From assembly GCA_020184695.1 (NCBI GenBank), contig JAANOX010000153.1, forward strand, positions 1,093,040 to 1,157,039: a stretch of DNA of 64,000 nt. Direction: 5' to 3'. Source of the DNA: Histomonas meleagridis 2922-C6/04-290x (lineage: Eukaryota; Protista; Parabasalia). This document shows, piece by piece, positions 33,201 through 42,537 of the stretch. Below the pieces are notes generated by a model that saw only the letters and a list, made by a program, of their open reading frames with translations, was not told the origin of the DNA and did no database searches. Position 1 is the first letter of the stretch, and every line of letters begins with the position of its first letter. A program made the translations under genes and the position numbers.

Positions 33201-36200
33201 TGGATAAAGAACATTAATTGATTTTAATAAACTTGAAAATATTTCAGTTATATTACTTAATGTTTCGATTTTTATTTCTTCCGAATTTAAATTATCAAAT
33301 TTTAATAATAATTTATTAAATATTGTTATGAATTCATATGTTTTAGGATATTTACTTAATAATGAAATAGAACAAATTTTTGATAAATAATTTTGAACAA
33401 TTATAAATTGTTTATAAAATGAATTAATCATTTCATTGATATTCATTTCGTTATTAAATTGTTGAATTAAATCAATTCTTGGTATTTCACTAGTAGAAAT
33501 CGATTTAATTATTTTAATTGATGATGAAATTAATGAATTTATAATATCTGAATTAATTTGTTTTTGAATATCATTTAAATATATTATATCATAAACATAA
33601 AATTCATTTACATTATTAATTCTATTTAATTGTGTTAAATCAATATTAATATTATTTTGTTTGATTAAATCAATAACTTTATCTAAATAATAATGTATTG
33701 AGTTTGCATTTGGTTCTAAAGATTCAAATTTATTAATTTCAGTTATTATTAAATCTTTGTTTTCATTATTTTGGAATTCGTTTAATATATTTTCTATTTC
33801 TTTAAATATTATATAAATTTCTTCAGTTGGAACATTTATTTGTTCTAATTCAGAAATTATTTTTTCGAATTTATCAGAATTCAAATTTCTTATTAATGAT
33901 AAAATATTTTTAATATCATTAATATCAGGAAGTTTTCGATAAATACTTTTTGGAAGATTATTAAATAATTCATCTACAATTTCAATTTGAGCCTTTAATT
34001 CTTCAACTAAATTGTGAATTATCGAAATTGTTGGGACAATTTTAATTATATCAGGTAGAATAAAAGCAAACTCATTAACTTTTGATGAAATATCAGCAAC
34101 TGAAACTTTAACTTTTTCGAATGAATATCTTGAAAATGGATTTGTTCGTAAATTTTGTCGAATTAAATTTTGATTAATGTAATGTTGTTTTAACTCTTTA
34201 AAGAAATCTCTTAATTTTTGTTTGCAAACTGAGTTTACATTTAAAACTTCATCATTTACAACTAAATCATTAATATTGTTCATAATCTTTTCAATTATTG
34301 ATTGTAATTTTTGATATTCAAATATGTGTTCGCATTTACTTAAATCATTTTCAGTTATATCATTTTCTTCAAGTGCATTTATTATATCATTTTCTAAACT
34401 TTCTTTTATAGTATCAATAGGAACATCAAGATTCAAATAAATTAAATCATTTAAATATTCATTAATTTCGGGTAATTTTTCATATAAAGTTGTTAATTCG
34501 GATTGTAATCCTATAAGCACATGTGCATAAACTGGATTTTTAACTAATAAAGGTAAAAATATTTCAAGATTAAACTTAACTTCATCAATTATTGAAGATT
34601 TATTATTATTCTTTAATTTTGATATAAAAGTTAAATCATTAATAATTTTTTGTATATTTTCAGATGATATATTATTGAATGAATTACATAAAAGTACTTT
34701 ATTAATTTCTGAAATTATTTTATTGTTATCAAAATATTCTTTAAATTGTTTAATGATTTTAATAAATTTTGTTCTTCCTATATAAATTTCTTTTTCGATA
34801 TACATTGAATAATAAATTTCTTTTAATTCTTTTAGTAATTTATTTATAAATTCATCATTTTTATAATGACTATTAATAAAATTGTTTAATTTTTCTATTG
34901 AATCAGAAAATAGATTTTGTATAAATAGATCAATTGAAGTAATTTTATCTGAAGGAATTGTATTAATTATTGATTTAGATAAAGAATCAGAAAATTCTTC
35001 AAGTTGTGTCACTAAATTATTTATTTCTAAAAGAATTATTGGTTCAATTTCGATTTTTGATAATATATTTTGTATGTCATCATGAATTTTTCGACATTCT
35101 TTAATGATTTTTTCAACTCTTTGACGTATTACAAACGCATAAATACTACTGACATTCATTGAATAAACAGTTTTTGTGATTTTAAGTGATTCATTTTGAA
35201 CTTTTTGTAATAAGTTATAAATACTTATCGAATTGTCTGCAAATTTTGGAATTAATTTTTCTAAAGAAACATTAATTAATTCAAATGTATCCGAAGTATT
35301 AATTAATGTATTAAATAAATGTATGTTAACATTAGCTTTGTTCTCAAAATTATTTGCTTGAATATGATTTTTATAATTTAAAATTAATTTTTTGATTTCT
35401 GATTTTGTTAATTCGGAATATTTTATTGTATTTTTGATATATTCACCAATTTTATCGCTTTTAATTTTCTTTTCATTAATCAAAGATAAATTCTTTAATG
35501 GATCCAAAACCTTTTTGAAATTATTTGATACCTTTTCAACTTTTAAGAAATTTTTAATTTGTTTATAACAATATGAATAATATTGTATCATTCCATTAGA
35601 TTTCAATTCATTCTGATCGTCTTGATCGTTTTTCATTATATTACTTAAAGTTTCGAAGAAGAAATATTGTCTAATTTTTAATAAAGAGTTTTCTTCAATT
35701 CTCCAAATATTAAATAATTCAAGGTTAGAAACTTCTCTAATTAATGTATTTCCGATTATATTATCGAAATTATCTATAGATGAAAGAGATACTCCAAGAT
35801 TAGTATTAAATTCAGGTATAGATACATAACTCATATTCGCTTGAGTTTCGAATGGTAAACTTTGTAAAGATAATTGACTTCCATTTAAATAACTACTAAA
35901 TAATGAAATATTTTCTTCATTTTCGACAGTTGTATTAATATCATCAAAATCAGGGAAACATAAATATTCCGGCATAACTGATAATTTCTTCATTCCTTGA
36001 ATGAATGATTGAATTTCACGCGAATCTTGTTCGGAATAAATTCGTATATTAATTTTATCATGATTCGTTAATGAATAATATATATTTACTATTTCATGAT
36101 CTCTTTTACATGAAATAAAGTTTGTCCAATATAATTCTTCATAAATATCATCTTCATTATTCGGATTATAAAACTTTAACCCAAATGGTGAACATGAACA

Positions 36201-39200
36201 GATTGCTTCTTTAAGTGTTTTCTTTTTATCTATATATTTTTGATATTTGATTTGATAATATTCACATCCAAATCCTTTACATGAAGTTGTATATATAATA
36301 AATTTCTTTTTTGCTGTGATTGGATCCATTTCTCGAATTTCTTGTTCTAAATATTGTAAATCTTCAAATGTTTCTTGTGTATCTTTAACTTTAAATGGTA
36401 ATTTACTTAAAACATTTATATCTTGAAGTAATAATTTTGCATCTTCGATTGTATTTGATATTGCATAAATAGAATAAATTAAAAGATTCAAATATGTATC
36501 ACTTGTTTCTTTTAATTTATTATCTTTGAATACCATTTCATAAATATCTTTAAATAATGATTCTAACATTTCACTATCTTCAAGTTGAGCCATAGTAAAT
36601 ATATAAAATCTTCTTTTGAGGTTTAACTCGAAATAATTTTGTGTTGAATCTAAAATAGTCATATCGAAATTTAAAGGCCTTGTGATATCACCATTATAAG
36701 ATTCATATAAAGTAAAACCATCATGACAACCTAATCTAAATTCTTGACATAAATTATAACATATATCAGAAATTTTAGATTTAATATCAATCACTTTTTC
36801 ATAAACAAATGAATCGTTTATTGTAAATTGTATAATTGGTTGTTGAGGTATTAAATATAAATAACCAAAATCTTTAATTCCAGTATCAAATAAACATTTA
36901 TCTTTTTCAAACCAGATATAATTTTGATTAAACTCATCATTAGTCTTAGATAATAATATATAATAAGGTATATCTTTATAATTAGCCAAATTAATTAATG
37001 AAACTAATAAAAGATTATCAAAAGTAAATCGTTCACCATAAGGAAAACATATTGGATCTGGATGATCTAATTGCATAGATGTATATAAGTCTAAATAAGG
37101 ATTCATCATTTCAGAACTAATTAAATATGAATAAAGAGGTGAATCTTTAATATCATACATAATTTGTCGATCAAGTTTTTGTGGTATTAAAACTTCGATA
37201 TATGTAATTAATAAATTCATGAAATCTTCATAATTTTCAACACTAAATGATAAATAATCTAAATTAGTGCCATTTTTATAATAAAAAATATGAATTGTCT
37301 TATTAATAATTGTATATTCATAAATATTATTATAATTAATTTTTAAAATATCTGTTTTTAATTCATGGAATAAATGTAAACCAAATGGTCCAATAGCTAA
37401 TAAATATGTGTTATATGCAGGTAATGATGATGTAGATTGTTTGATATTAATTTCATAAGTTTTATCACCAAAATGTGGAATATTTTGTGCAATTAAAATA
37501 TATTTTTTGGCTGAATATTCTTTAGACATTGAAGGAAATGAATTAATAATTTTGATAATCTTTTCTCGAAAATAACTTTTAGATATCAAATTTTTCGGTA
37601 TAAAATTAGTTATATCTTCAGGTACATTAAAAGATTTTGTTCTTTCTTGTTTATGAGAAGTTGTATATATTGAGTAAGCAGCCATTTCTAATGCTTGATG
37701 TTCAGTGACTGATATATTACCTTTTAATATATATTTATTAACATTAGAAAATATTTGAAACAATAAATTTTTCACAGTTAAATCATTTTTATTAAATATA
37801 AAGAATTGAGGTTTAAATATAAATATTGGAAATATTGGAATTTGTTCAGGAATAGTTTTAGTTGATAATAATGGAGTTTTTGTCTCACTATTAAATAAGT
37901 TATAACCTAAAGGATAATCTATATAAGTCTTTAAAGAAATTTCATCAATTAATTCATTCACTGTTTTTTCAACATTAATATAAATCGTACGCTTAAAATC
38001 GTGTTGAGTTTTTATTGTTATTGGCATAAACTTCTTATAAATATGAATAGAAACACCATCAAATGGATGATAAAACTCAAGATATTTATCTCTTTGTAAT
38101 AATTTAATATCATTTTCATTATAATGTATAAAACAAGAATATTCTTGATCATTTTGATAATTAAATATTAAACTTGCTTTATTAATAAGTTCCCAAATTT
38201 TTAATCTTAATGAATATTTTATTAATTGTTGTTCATGATCTATAGAATTAAGATGATTTTTAGGTGTAAAATCTGGTTTAAAATGAATTATAGTTAATAT
38301 TTCGATTTCATTATATTCTTTATTAGTTTCAAATAAATTTTGTGTGAATAATATTTCATATGTTTTTATATGTGATAATATTAAATTTGATATTTTTGGA
38401 CATTGTCGTGATTCAATTGTAATTGTAATTTTATTATTTTCATTTAAATATGAAAATGATATAAAAATATCATTACTCTTAAAGTCAACTATTGATTCAT
38501 ATTTTATAGATTGATTATTATTATGATTTGATAATAATATTTCATATGATGATATAATTAATGTACAATATTTATCATTAATTAATACATAAAATTTATC
38601 AACATCAAATGTTGAATTTTTACGTATTATATTTATAAAACTTAACATTGAATCTTTCTTCGAAATTTTGTTTTTATTTTCGTTAATTTTTGTTTGAATT
38701 TGTTCCAATAAATTAATATAATCAGGAAAATAACTTTTTAGAAATTGTTCGATATTTGAAGTAATGTTTGAAACATAAAATATTAAATCAATTACTTCAT
38801 CATTCGAAAATTTCATTTTATTATTTTTAATATAATCAATTGTTTCATTATAAAGTAAAGAAATCGAATTTTTATCTTGAAAACAATAATTAGAACACAT
38901 AAAGAAATATCTTTTTAAAGTTAATCTTTCATAATCTGTAATTTGTTCAGGAATTGTTTGCAATAAATTCAATGGAATATCATTATAAAACAAAGTATAA
39001 CCTATAAAATTATTAATGTTTAACTTTTTAGAAATTTCAGTAATAATTTCAATAACTGTTTTTTTGAGTGGAATTTGTAATAATTTTTCTTCTCCATTAA
39101 AACAAATTGTAACAAAAGGATAACTTTTAATTACAAATAAAAACGAATATAAAGAAGGATTTTTAGAGCCAATAATTTCATTAGGTAGAATCCATTTATA

Positions 39201-42026
39201 ATATTTATTAAAAGAACATAAAAGTAAAGTATATTCAACATTTTGTTCAAGATTTAATATCGATTTTAAACTTTCAATGATTTCACTTCCAGTTTTAATT
39301 AACTCTATATTTTGATATATAGGATTTAATCGATTTAAATTTGTAGAAATTCCTAAATTTATAATTTTAGGGAATTCATTAATTTCATCGATTTTTTCGG
39401 ATTGATTATTTTGTTCGATTAAGTTTCTAATTTTTAATTCATTACAAGCTTTTTTAAAGCAATATAAAGCTAATGAAGGTGATTCAGTTTTATTATATTT
39501 AAATTCGATTGAATCATCTAAACCAGTATCTTTATTTAAAAACGTAATTAAAATTCTTTTCCTTAAATTGTCAATTGAATGAATTAAATGATATTCAATT
39601 TCATATAAAACATTTCTAAATTTATAATCTACGATTTTAATACATGTTGTATATATTAATAATATTACATTAGTTTTACCATTTTCATCTATTATAGAAA
39701 TTTTATATTCTTCAACTCCAAATCCCGGAATTTTATTTGTTTCTTTAATAAATTTCTTACATGCTTCATATTTTTCGATACAATTACTTGACAACATTTT
39801 TGTCATTAATTTATTTTCTAATTTTTTGGATAATTTGAATTTTTTAATAATATTTTGTTCTTTAAATTTATTAATAGCACAAATATATAAAAAAATAAAT
39901 TCGATTATCATATCATCACTAATCTTTAGATCATTTGTATTATTTATAATTATTTCATTTGCATCATACATTGTTTGTTCTAAAGCATTTTTATTTTTAT
40001 ATATATCAGGGAAAGTAATGAAATATAATCTTTTAAATAATAAGTTATTAAATGAAGTTATTTGTTCAGGAATTTTATATCTTAAATCAAGTGGTACATT
40101 TGTATTACTAAATAAAGTATAACCATATAAATATGGCAAATGAAAAGCTTTAAAAATTTTTGGCATTAATTCTTCAATTGTTTTTGTTATATCGATTTTA
40201 ATTTCTTGATGAATATTATTAATTAATGATATTTTAATAATATGATATCTTGGTAATAAATATAATGTCATTCCTTGATGTGCATTATAAGAAAATAAAG
40301 AACGTTCATTTTCTATTTCAACTAATGTATTAGGCATTGTCTTTAATAAAACAATATAATCATCTTTATTTTTCACATGAAATTGATTAACTAAATATTG
40401 CTTAACAATTTCTCCTGAAAAATTAGCAAAAAATGGAAATGATAATGGTGAAATATCATCAAGTTTTGATGTACAATATAACATAATTTCTTTATCACTT
40501 GTTAGAAATGAATTTCTTTTATTAGTAATAATACTTCTTTCCATTTTATTCTTTTGTGCTTCTTTTAATGTTACATTATAACCAACTAATAATGAATTTA
40601 TTTCAATTGATTTACTGCTTTTTAATAAATATTCCGCAGTTTCACCAAAATTATATGTAAAAGTAATGAAAACATGATTACTCATATGAGATATTTTTAA
40701 TATATTCGAATATGAAATACGTTCTTCTAAATTATCTTTATGATATATTAATAATGATAAAGGTGTAATTTCTATGTTACAATTACAACATCCTTTTCTA
40801 CCATGTACATAAGTTTTAATAAAAACATTATTAAAAAAGGTTGAAGCAAATCCTTTAATTCTTCGAAATATTCGAATCGAATTCTTCATCGCTTTATACT
40901 TTGTATAATTATTTTCAGCAATAAACGTTTTAATGTTATTTTTTATTGGTTCTAAATCATCAATTTTTTCATATGTTTTATTTGGAATAATTTTCTTTAA
41001 ATCTAATCCATTAATTTCATTTGCTTTTGATATATAAATAAATGGTAAAAGTTCATTTAAAACATTATCTTCAATTGGATATTTTATGTCCATATACATA
41101 TCAAATGAATCTTTAAATGTTATTTCAATAAGTTCATCTGTTAAAATGTCTTCATAACAAATTAAATAATATTTCCGATAAAAATATAATGGATGATGCG
41201 TTTGATATTGCTTAAATAATGGTATATCAGGATCTATATTTAGATAACCGGTGTTTGATTTTAATGATAATGAATATGATGTATTATTTTTGATTCCAAA
41301 ATGTGCTGAAATTTCATTAATAAGTTCGCGTACAGTTTTGGATATGTCTAATTCCATATTTATTTCATTGGAAAATTTGGAATAAACGGGAATATTAAGA
41401 TATTGATTAAATACATAAATTTTTGTATTTTCATCAAACCAAAATTCATTATGTATTTGCCCAGCAATACAAATTTCTTCACTGTCTGATGTCGTGATTA
41501 CGATGAAATAACGACCTTCTGGATTAATGCCTAAGGTATTAATTGCATTGCGAATAACTTCTTCTAAAGTATCTGACGTATGATAAATACCATATCTACC
41601 TTGTGGTGCAAATCCTTGAAATGTTAAAAGTTGAAAAATTCGATCAAAACAAAGATCTTTGTTCGAGCTTTTGCTTTTTCGGATATAACCATTGATATTG
41701 TTGGATTCTTTCTCCATAATGTCTGAGAGTAAGTTTGTTCGTGGACTACTTGGTGTATTTTCTTCAAAAATTTTGGAACTAATATCAATTATAATACTGT
41801 CTCCTTCTTTAACATTTTGTTCAAGGAGAGTTTCACCATCACTGAGCCATTTAGATCCTGTTGCATTCTTGTGTTTTATTTCAAAATATGGATTGAGTGG
41901 AATTTTTAAATTATTACATGCTGAATTTAAACATTCCGCTGATGTAAAATTTACATCATATGGGAATGGTTGCGGGTTAACATAGTCTTCTGAAAAATAA
42001 GTCACAAGATTAATTGTTTTTTTCAT
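27201..42026 (-). CDS. Giant (4941 aa) protein with about five tandem FERM-like units and a long helical rod (talin-like architecture)
   Basis: Uninterrupted 14.8-kb ORF; recurring FERM F1/F2 signature (I.KT..ELI..I...GY.L...IPEQI...L.FKR.YF) and F2/F3 junctions RIKGFASTFF, KIPGFGVEEY, KNSTFDVDKF, NIPHFGDKTY and SCKGFGCEYY every ~370-400 aa. Confidence 0.75.
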   Translation of the reverse strand: MKKTINLVTYFSEDYVNPQPFPYDVNFTSAECLNSACNNLKIPLNPYFEIKHKNATGSKWLSDGETLLEQNVKEGDSIIIDISSKIFEENTPSSPRTNLLSDIMEKESNNINGYIRKSKSSNKDLCFDRIFQLLTFQGFAPQGRYGIYHTSDTLEEVIRNAINTLGINPEGRYFIVITTSDSEEICIAGQIHNEFWFDENTKIYVFNQYLNIPVYSKFSNEINMELDISKTVRELINEISAHFGIKNNTSYSLSLKSNTGYLNIDPDIPLFKQYQTHHPLYFYRKYYLICYEDILTDELIEITFKDSFDMYMDIKYPIEDNVLNELLPFIYISKANEINGLDLKKIIPNKTYEKIDDLEPIKNNIKTFIAENNYTKYKAMKNSIRIFRRIKGFASTFFNNVFIKTYVHGRKGCCNCNIEITPLSLLIYHKDNLEERISYSNILKISHMSNHVFITFTYNFGETAEYLLKSSKSIEINSLLVGYNVTLKEAQKNKMERSIITNKRNSFLTSDKEIMLYCTSKLDDISPLSFPFFANFSGEIVKQYLVNQFHVKNKDDYIVLLKTMPNTLVEIENERSLFSYNAHQGMTLYLLPRYHIIKISLINNIHQEIKIDITKTIEELMPKIFKAFHLPYLYGYTLFSNTNVPLDLRYKIPEQITSFNNLLFKRLYFITFPDIYKNKNALEQTMYDANEIIINNTNDLKISDDMIIEFIFLYICAINKFKEQNIIKKFKLSKKLENKLMTKMLSSNCIEKYEACKKFIKETNKIPGFGVEEYKISIIDENGKTNVILLIYTTCIKIVDYKFRNVLYEIEYHLIHSIDNLRKRILITFLNKDTGLDDSIEFKYNKTESPSLALYCFKKACNELKIRNLIEQNNQSEKIDEINEFPKIINLGISTNLNRLNPIYQNIELIKTGSEIIESLKSILNLEQNVEYTLLLCSFNKYYKWILPNEIIGSKNPSLYSFLFVIKSYPFVTICFNGEEKLLQIPLKKTVIEIITEISKKLNINNFIGYTLFYNDIPLNLLQTIPEQITDYERLTLKRYFFMCSNYCFQDKNSISLLYNETIDYIKNNKMKFSNDEVIDLIFYVSNITSNIEQFLKSYFPDYINLLEQIQTKINENKNKISKKDSMLSFINIIRKNSTFDVDKFYVLINDKYCTLIISSYEILLSNHNNNQSIKYESIVDFKSNDIFISFSYLNENNKITITIESRQCPKISNLILSHIKTYEILFTQNLFETNKEYNEIEILTIIHFKPDFTPKNHLNSIDHEQQLIKYSLRLKIWELINKASLIFNYQNDQEYSCFIHYNENDIKLLQRDKYLEFYHPFDGVSIHIYKKFMPITIKTQHDFKRTIYINVEKTVNELIDEISLKTYIDYPLGYNLFNSETKTPLLSTKTIPEQIPIFPIFIFKPQFFIFNKNDLTVKNLLFQIFSNVNKYILKGNISVTEHQALEMAAYSIYTTSHKQERTKSFNVPEDITNFIPKNLISKSYFREKIIKIINSFPSMSKEYSAKKYILIAQNIPHFGDKTYEINIKQSTSSLPAYNTYLLAIGPFGLHLFHELKTDILKINYNNIYEYTIINKTIHIFYYKNGTNLDYLSFSVENYEDFMNLLITYIEVLIPQKLDRQIMYDIKDSPLYSYLISSEMMNPYLDLYTSMQLDHPDPICFPYGERFTFDNLLLVSLINLANYKDIPYYILLSKTNDEFNQNYIWFEKDKCLFDTGIKDFGYLYLIPQQPIIQFTINDSFVYEKVIDIKSKISDICYNLCQEFRLGCHDGFTLYESYNGDITRPLNFDMTILDSTQNYFELNLKRRFYIFTMAQLEDSEMLESLFKDIYEMVFKDNKLKETSDTYLNLLIYSIYAISNTIEDAKLLLQDINVLSKLPFKVKDTQETFEDLQYLEQEIREMDPITAKKKFIIYTTSCKGFGCEYYQIKYQKYIDKKKTLKEAICSCSPFGLKFYNPNNEDDIYEELYWTNFISCKRDHEIVNIYYSLTNHDKINIRIYSEQDSREIQSFIQGMKKLSVMPEYLCFPDFDDINTTVENEENISLFSSYLNGSQLSLQSLPFETQANMSYVSIPEFNTNLGVSLSSIDNFDNIIGNTLIREVSNLELFNIWRIEENSLLKIRQYFFFETLSNIMKNDQDDQNELKSNGMIQYYSYCYKQIKNFLKVEKVSNNFKKVLDPLKNLSLINEKKIKSDKIGEYIKNTIKYSELTKSEIKKLILNYKNHIQANNFENKANVNIHLFNTLINTSDTFELINVSLEKLIPKFADNSISIYNLLQKVQNESLKITKTVYSMNVSSIYAFVIRQRVEKIIKECRKIHDDIQNILSKIEIEPIILLEINNLVTQLEEFSDSLSKSIINTIPSDKITSIDLFIQNLFSDSIEKLNNFINSHYKNDEFINKLLKELKEIYYSMYIEKEIYIGRTKFIKIIKQFKEYFDNNKIISEINKVLLCNSFNNISSENIQKIINDLTFISKLKNNNKSSIIDEVKFNLEIFLPLLVKNPVYAHVLIGLQSELTTLYEKLPEINEYLNDLIYLNLDVPIDTIKESLENDIINALEENDITENDLSKCEHIFEYQKLQSIIEKIMNNINDLVVNDEVLNVNSVCKQKLRDFFKELKQHYINQNLIRQNLRTNPFSRYSFEKVKVSVADISSKVNEFAFILPDIIKIVPTISIIHNLVEELKAQIEIVDELFNNLPKSIYRKLPDINDIKNILSLIRNLNSDKFEKIISELEQINVPTEEIYIIFKEIENILNEFQNNENKDLIITEINKFESLEPNANSIHYYLDKVIDLIKQNNINIDLTQLNRINNVNEFYVYDIIYLNDIQKQINSDIINSLISSSIKIIKSISTSEIPRIDLIQQFNNEMNINEMINSFYKQFIIVQNYLSKICSISLLSKYPKTYEFITIFNKLLLKFDNLNSEEIKIETLSNITEIFSSLLKSINVLYPFSISEQSLKSIYNINQNAIYLNDKLKAQQKKQETTNEILNSLEKRKDKLLKELENLKNVFPKISNHINSYINYINDSNKDTNSICDYLYKLSVNMFSEFTYFDYNKIKNLLAIYDICLKYTTTSKKKVLFSKLKQEQILILDQKLIDNILKLLQPDYYDEKMFEDISNTISKFNLKIDFDFDYQQINLSKILREIIPLIPNSNKKLQYWKDLAIKEMTFLNKYLTQIMNSFDSKTKNKRNSKKIHKVENILRSQIINLFQKFKVRKITQFNSIDSLLFLLQYYHQYDSNMKMLISISKNKKLNLFENDFNLFHIWLEELDLTFGQCFCDTYRSLIHLTENIIYKSSNTSDIKWIRKTITILFSHNNNEKNDILYPFKLAENYQFYINNIYLKLEKQVMKLENYFNYLNEMSELINYYKNSFTIISHEQIYCLIDYILKELENGNENLTIIKSQIVLLNKFITFKEFPIEMIQQIENIQNNLTEISNEENKKLFIKMKKYIKSIIHQRNITFNIENESLIINNINVNEHKNQILKLIPERNYSNSKTIYQKFQNKYYKIEDKNGESKDFLSFDDQQRLNQNEFKSLILRKNNIKIEEFNSFKVMNEIKNEFYKFSLIYLICNLKNQQLKTYPNSLNNKFIFNEKFIDSIKDQFCNNDKSFNEEEIGTQQRVFVFYINYISTMNVNINYFDFIKDIQFNSFNYSNEQIDQFLSTKFSIIRLILMLLTVQQQIIINNSSKDIYNLLNKNELINKKVSKIKLLKQKEIILNQIKLINSPEILKYYQKNLFYEEIIIQIFIIHNIISYILKTKDLFKEIVDLNPLQILERLFENNEIIHETINDIFYQKLTIQIFQYVTNILNSIDLIEKLRTLQKCVLNNKNIEKKFEANNKIDIKESIYAQLNLINEPNKLKNYLQNLTEFDLFNENNLISYLINTLINNNYHEINCEDFTKQINEIFIKLQDDLHDLLIDESFLSNINPFAENLTIYSFEKIDKLNVYYQKCNFLQKFLILFNIKPTNTSSHDKDSLSLYSQLIQMKPNETKTKTFIENMKKENQEKVYNIIQNELQIQTTSDENENIFELATLIQRDPTNSKILNNKQKENLLETYNFNEINQTITNEYEMKKLEFHLYCSLFDYIKLGNINNNEINIENIETIHNSISEEIQIIQKTNDLDNYLLNISQNDLITQKYVINNLINLMNNDNEIKNKTKIDSNIILNELFTLQINEFKNNSEFLNNEKLISLNDIMQTIKSNRESLQRLFITRQLIHFMNSISELIGISNQSSKYIKEQFVINELNDYHELIKYYLFIDDNNFDKFIKTQNKNILYRLYIVINELYKIIKNKTNVQSKDFININYYITKLPTKKLLINEIHKIYREITTNSTTIQNLSIDKCINLLTKLNKDIIQMTKQIYNNVENLEYNNEIEYIIKLLPNYILLLSKILPKTSKQIQSQINSHPMNLIKYLIIIQIDSSSLNYIKANNEFRKFLCFFLTFILKIEALITEFNEHFLVNYYSKFINAIDKKDVLQLNLFVIYFEALKINSIKFDNYNNETINDLQEIVLNLKILIRKYFEKRNSITPKAHQNLNELKKKLIDITDKYSNNSILNINKIEEIKNELNNSKKTITYLEKKFKFSVYERNSNDINNVINETIDFITFVHILMFNSESLISFNRNEILNLFCKSIINTFPYLVNDITNSFSPIIKIKNIFVIFNELIDNYIELINKENVNKEENEIQKLRNDSYVIVIEILKHYLLLLNNKTKVIVNDKLIKKYFGIIEKLFEDLNVKFNEILNLNNDYSDLLEKVKTNFKSFNETFKEFNNISLRNVLISFLDLTKIVLEFVDILNNCKVYVPDLENANRLPRNFKLTMININENEDIKSLATNLLSLIETTEQKRNEFFDILFVAQINNTKLCDKTLEIISIFNELIEEMLKFSNLSSMNEPNGAFNSNVTKITKEFSRIIRAIREKFTKTNKLKPETKSIAQNIQNLISECKEIITKALEK

Positions 42027-42537
42027 CCTCTTTTTTCTTTCCTTTTTGGAGATTCTTAACGTTCGATTTTATGTGAGGGCGTAATAAAGCGCAAAAAAGA
42101 TATCACCAAATGAATTTTATTGGCTAAAAAAAATTGGGGTATTTTCCCCTCTATTTTATCTATGTGTATGATTAAATTAAGACCAAAAATATTAATTCAA
42201 ATCCGAAGATAAAACGAAATATAAATTTATATTTCAATACCCTTAACTTTTTGTGGCAAAATATATTCAATACTTTAGAAATGTTTTTTATTAAAAAGTC
42301 ATTATAACGGGAGTTAGTATCAGAAAAATAAAATTTCTGACAGCCATGACATAACGACACTTTTCATATAAAGTTATTTATGTTCTATTCATCCATTTAA
42401 GTTCATCTTCAAAAATAACAATCAAATGTTTGTTCTCAAGTAATTCCTTCTAAATATCAAAAGTTTTCATATATATTCACTTATCAACACGTCGAAGAAC
42501 TTATCTTAAAAAAACAAAAAAATGATCATGACCAAGT

